Below, in pieces: positions 46,801 to 49,631 of a DNA stretch of 49,631 nucleotides. The notes beneath the pieces were generated by a model that was given only the letters and a program-made list of their open reading frames with translations, had not been told where the DNA came from and did not search any database. Source of the stretch: Intoshia linei (taxonomy: Eukaryota > Animalia > Orthonectida); the NCBI GenBank assembly GCA_001642005.1, contig LWCA01000126.1:1-49631 (forward strand), written 5' to 3'. How positions within the stretch are numbered: the first letter of the stretch is position 1; each line of letters starts with the position of its first letter. The translations under genes were made by a program, and so were the position numbers.

Positions 46801-49409
46801 CTACGTACACCATTTTATAATAATTAAAATAAACAGAAACAAGTCACCCAAAATCAAAGAAATATACTGAGATATATCATTAGAATGTCTAATTAAACCT
46901 TACTTACTTCAAAATGTGAACAACACAATATTTATAAGATAAAATTTACCAATTTGACGTAGAAATATTTTGATGATTCTGTCATTCATAAATTTGTTTT
47001 CTAAATAAATACACTATTATTGTTAAAAAATTTCTAGTTATTTAATCTTTTATTTTTATAAAAATCAAACACTGATGTATATCAGTGGTTTTCAAGCGTT
47101 TTTTATAATTGCCCCTTAAATTAAAAATTCACAAATATTTTTTTAAATCGTACTGTCTATATTATAGAATACTATTCAATTGCTCTTGATGAAAGTTTGG
47201 ACATGAGGGATACTGCCCAAGTTGCAGTTTTTGTCAAAGGCGTAAATTACAAATTTGAAATTGTTGAAGAATTTTTTGAATTGATACCTATGATAGGGAA
47301 TTGCATTGGAAGAGACATCTTTGATGCAATAATGAAAATGATCTCAAAAGAAATCTTAACAAACGTAAATTTGTTGGGCTTACTACGGATGGTGCTCCAT
47401 CTATGATAGGCTCAAAAAAAGGAATTGTAAATTTAATGCAAGAACATTTAAAAAATGAAGACATTTCAATGTCTCTAAAAAATTTTCATTGTATAATTAT
47501 AATTCATCAAGAAGCATTATGTGGAAAATCGATGAAACTTAACGATATAATGAAATTTGTCATAAAAACTGTAAATTTTATTTTGTATAATCAAAAATTT
47601 AAGATAAATATATTCAAACAATAAGTTCTTAAAATTTATTCGTCCGGCCCACCCATCTATTTTATATAACAATCCGGCCCGCTATCTCAGAAAGTTGCCC
47701 ATCCCTGGTCTATAATAATGAATTATAATCCTTACTTAGAGTAAAATGTTAAAAATGTATATCTGTCTGTGTATTTATTTGTTCCAGTAAATTTAAGAAA
47801 GTAAGAGGAGTCGAGTTTTACAAATACCATATTTTAATAACAGTTTTTCCAGAGTGATGTTTTATCGAAAATTTCAATATTAGAAATTGAGGCCTTCAAG
47901 GTTAAATACCCCAATGGTTCTTTGTTTTTAAATTCAAACCCGTCCTAGAATTATAAAAATTACACATTCTAATTGAAAGTTTTAAATTCATCAATATTGT
48001 GATAATTTTCAATTTCAAAATATTATATCTTCACGAGCCAAAATACCAAATTACTCTTTTTTGTAAAAATTAAGAAAGTCTTAGAATTTTATACAACATA
48101 AATTCTAGGATGGTTTTTAACCCATATTTCTTCATTGGAAATGTGTAGACGTTCAATGCACTTTTTTTCAATTCTAGGATCCATATTTTTATTTTAATCG
48201 AAATATTTCGGAAAAAAAATATATAAATACTAAAATGCGTTTCTGACCGTGAAATCGTCACTTATTCGGATTGAAATTTTTTGTGTGTGTTAACAGGATA
48301 CAACTGTACCTACCTGTAAATTTTTTGAAATTCTAGGGCTGTTTTCATAAAAAAAGAAGGGTAATGTTTTTTAAATTCTAGGGCTGTTTTCATAATAAAA
48401 AAAAGGGTAATTTGTGGTTTTGGCCCTGAAGATATAATTTTTTTAAATTTATGATAATGTTTATGATTTTAAAATCCGTATTAGCGTATATATTTTTTTA
48501 AATTCTCCAACTCGTTTGATTTTCAAAAAAAGGAAAATTGGGGTTTTTGGTCCGTAAGATGTGAGTTTGGGAAGTTGAAATGTATATTATTATCACCCGG
48601 AAAAAACTGTAATTGAAATGTGGACTTTATAAAATTTTAAGACTGGTAGTTATTGAAATAAAGTGGAACACAGACACACACAAACAAATATTGCGTAGCA
48701 TATTATATAAGTAAGGATTACAATGCTTTGCAATATTGGTAAAATGAATCTGAAATATATTTCTAAAGAACTGATTCCGTTAATTATAATTAATATAAAT
48801 CCGGAAATACAAAATTGATATTTTTTACTCGTCGAAAACAGATACTGAATATACAGGTTTATTTAGAATTTTATTTTTTCAGGAATTTACGCTATTTATG
48901 ACAATTTTTACTTTATTTTTAAGATTATACACATATTCTCTCTAATAAATTAAAAAAATGGGATAACAATTATTTTTAAAATTCTTTACAGAAATGTTAA
49001 CAAAATAAAATTAAGACAGAATAATTCACTTTAAATTAAAAGGTAATGTGATATGACGGTTCCACCTGAAACAAGTTTGGGAACCACTCCTTTAAAAGAT
49101 TGATAATAGTGAATAGTAGCATTTTTAAGTTAGATTTCTTATTTAATTTATTTTTTTGGTAAAATAAAAATGTGCCCTCGGCAGAGCTAGATGTTGTTTG
49201 TACGAAGTACATAACAGTCAACTTATATATAATATTTTAATCAAAAAAAAAATTTTAAATTATATATTCTGTGAAATAATATAAAAAATTGCCCCCAGGG
49301 GGCGTTCCGCTAATCGTTGAGAACCACTGATGTACATTGTACATTAACAAATATAAATAAATTATATATTACGTCTAATATAGTCACCAAAATCTCCTCC
49401 ATTACAATA
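43859..49409 (-). CDS. ULK1: Serine/threonine kinase ULK1/2 (Atg1/unc-51); 5' exons lie beyond the window
   Basis: YCNGGDFGDYI (~49375-49409); IIKIFLRQI; LVHRDLKPQNILL; ADFGFAKIL...TYCGSPLYMAPEIIL...YDLKADIWSIGAILFEC; LIR-like TDEGFVIV; EKSHREGLSKL and TADTILFKHAV in the C-terminal EAT/MIT region; ends AVTKRLKTLQEFNLNQ* at 43859. Confidence 0.9.
47160..47707 (+). pseudogene. hAT (Buster/SPIN/GTF2IRD2-like) transposase fragment with its own right TIR
   Basis: YYSIALDESLDMRDTAQVAVFVKGV...EEFFELIPM...GRDIF; frameshift; TTDGAPSMIGSKKG...FHCIIIIHQEALCGK...VIKTVNFI. TIR AAAGTTGCCCATCCCTG ends at 47707. Confidence 0.88.
47729..49224 (+). mobile_element. Helitron (+) containing a second Helitron copy (-, ~48240-48717)
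   Basis: 5' A|TCCTTACTT...GTCTGTGT at 47729 and 3' GTGCCCTCGGCAGAGCTAG...GTACGAAGTACATAACAGTCAACT at ~49224. The inner minus-strand copy starts A|TCCTTACTTATATAATATGCTACGC at 48717. Confidence 0.7.
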
Positions 49410-49631
49410 CTAAAATGAAATTAAATAAATATTCTACCTTAAAATTGGCGTATCAAGGACAAATTACCGAAGAAATTACTGAAAAAGTATTTTTACATTT
49501 TTTTCTACCAAAATACCCTCAAAATAATATTTTTATAATTCGACAATTTTACAAAACAATTACTGTACATTGTACAATAGGGTGGACATATTTTTCATAG
49601 TAAATAATTATTTTCAGATTTTCTGGAGGGA

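Larger units (their letters stand above)
47083..49329. mobile_element. hAT MITE expanded by nested insertions, in a ULK intron
   Basis: TIRs CAGTGGTTTTCAAGC (47083) / GTTGAGAACCACTG (49329); TSD ATGTATAT / ATGTACAT. Confidence 0.75.

Overview
Very AT-rich eukaryotic (metazoan) genomic DNA with many tiny (~30-45 nt) GT-AG introns and a few kb-sized introns filled with transposons. This architecture resembles reduced parasite genomes such as the orthonectid Intoshia (inference only). The ORF track misses most genes because they are spliced; I assembled them by eye, so some internal exon boundaries are approximate. Genes in order: a calmodulin-binding-type C-terminal kinesin-14 (-), Arrowhead/Lhx6/8 LIM-homeobox (-), a HINT hydrolase apparently lacking its middle exon (+), an orphan putatively secreted protein (+), Lunapark (-), a strongly diverged ribosomal protein uS3/RPS3 (-), a second highly diverged LIM-homeobox gene with WHQ in helix 3 (+), PP1 inhibitor-3/PPP1R11 (+), an intronless FN3 single-pass membrane protein (-), TMEM107 (-), an SR-type cyclophilin PPIG/NKTR (+) and ULK1/Atg1 (-, runs off the right edge). 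Repeats: a full-length decayed Tc1 (DD34E) element, several hAT MITEs with 8-bp TSDs, a hAT transposase relic, a foldback MITE, and many copies of one non-autonomous Helitron family. No tRNA, rRNA or CRISPR seen. The most notable observations are the uS3 with a remodelled KH domain, the duplicated Lhx6/8-like gene with F49H, the exon-deleted HINT, the operon-like TMEM107/FN3 spacing and tandem Helitron 3' termini.
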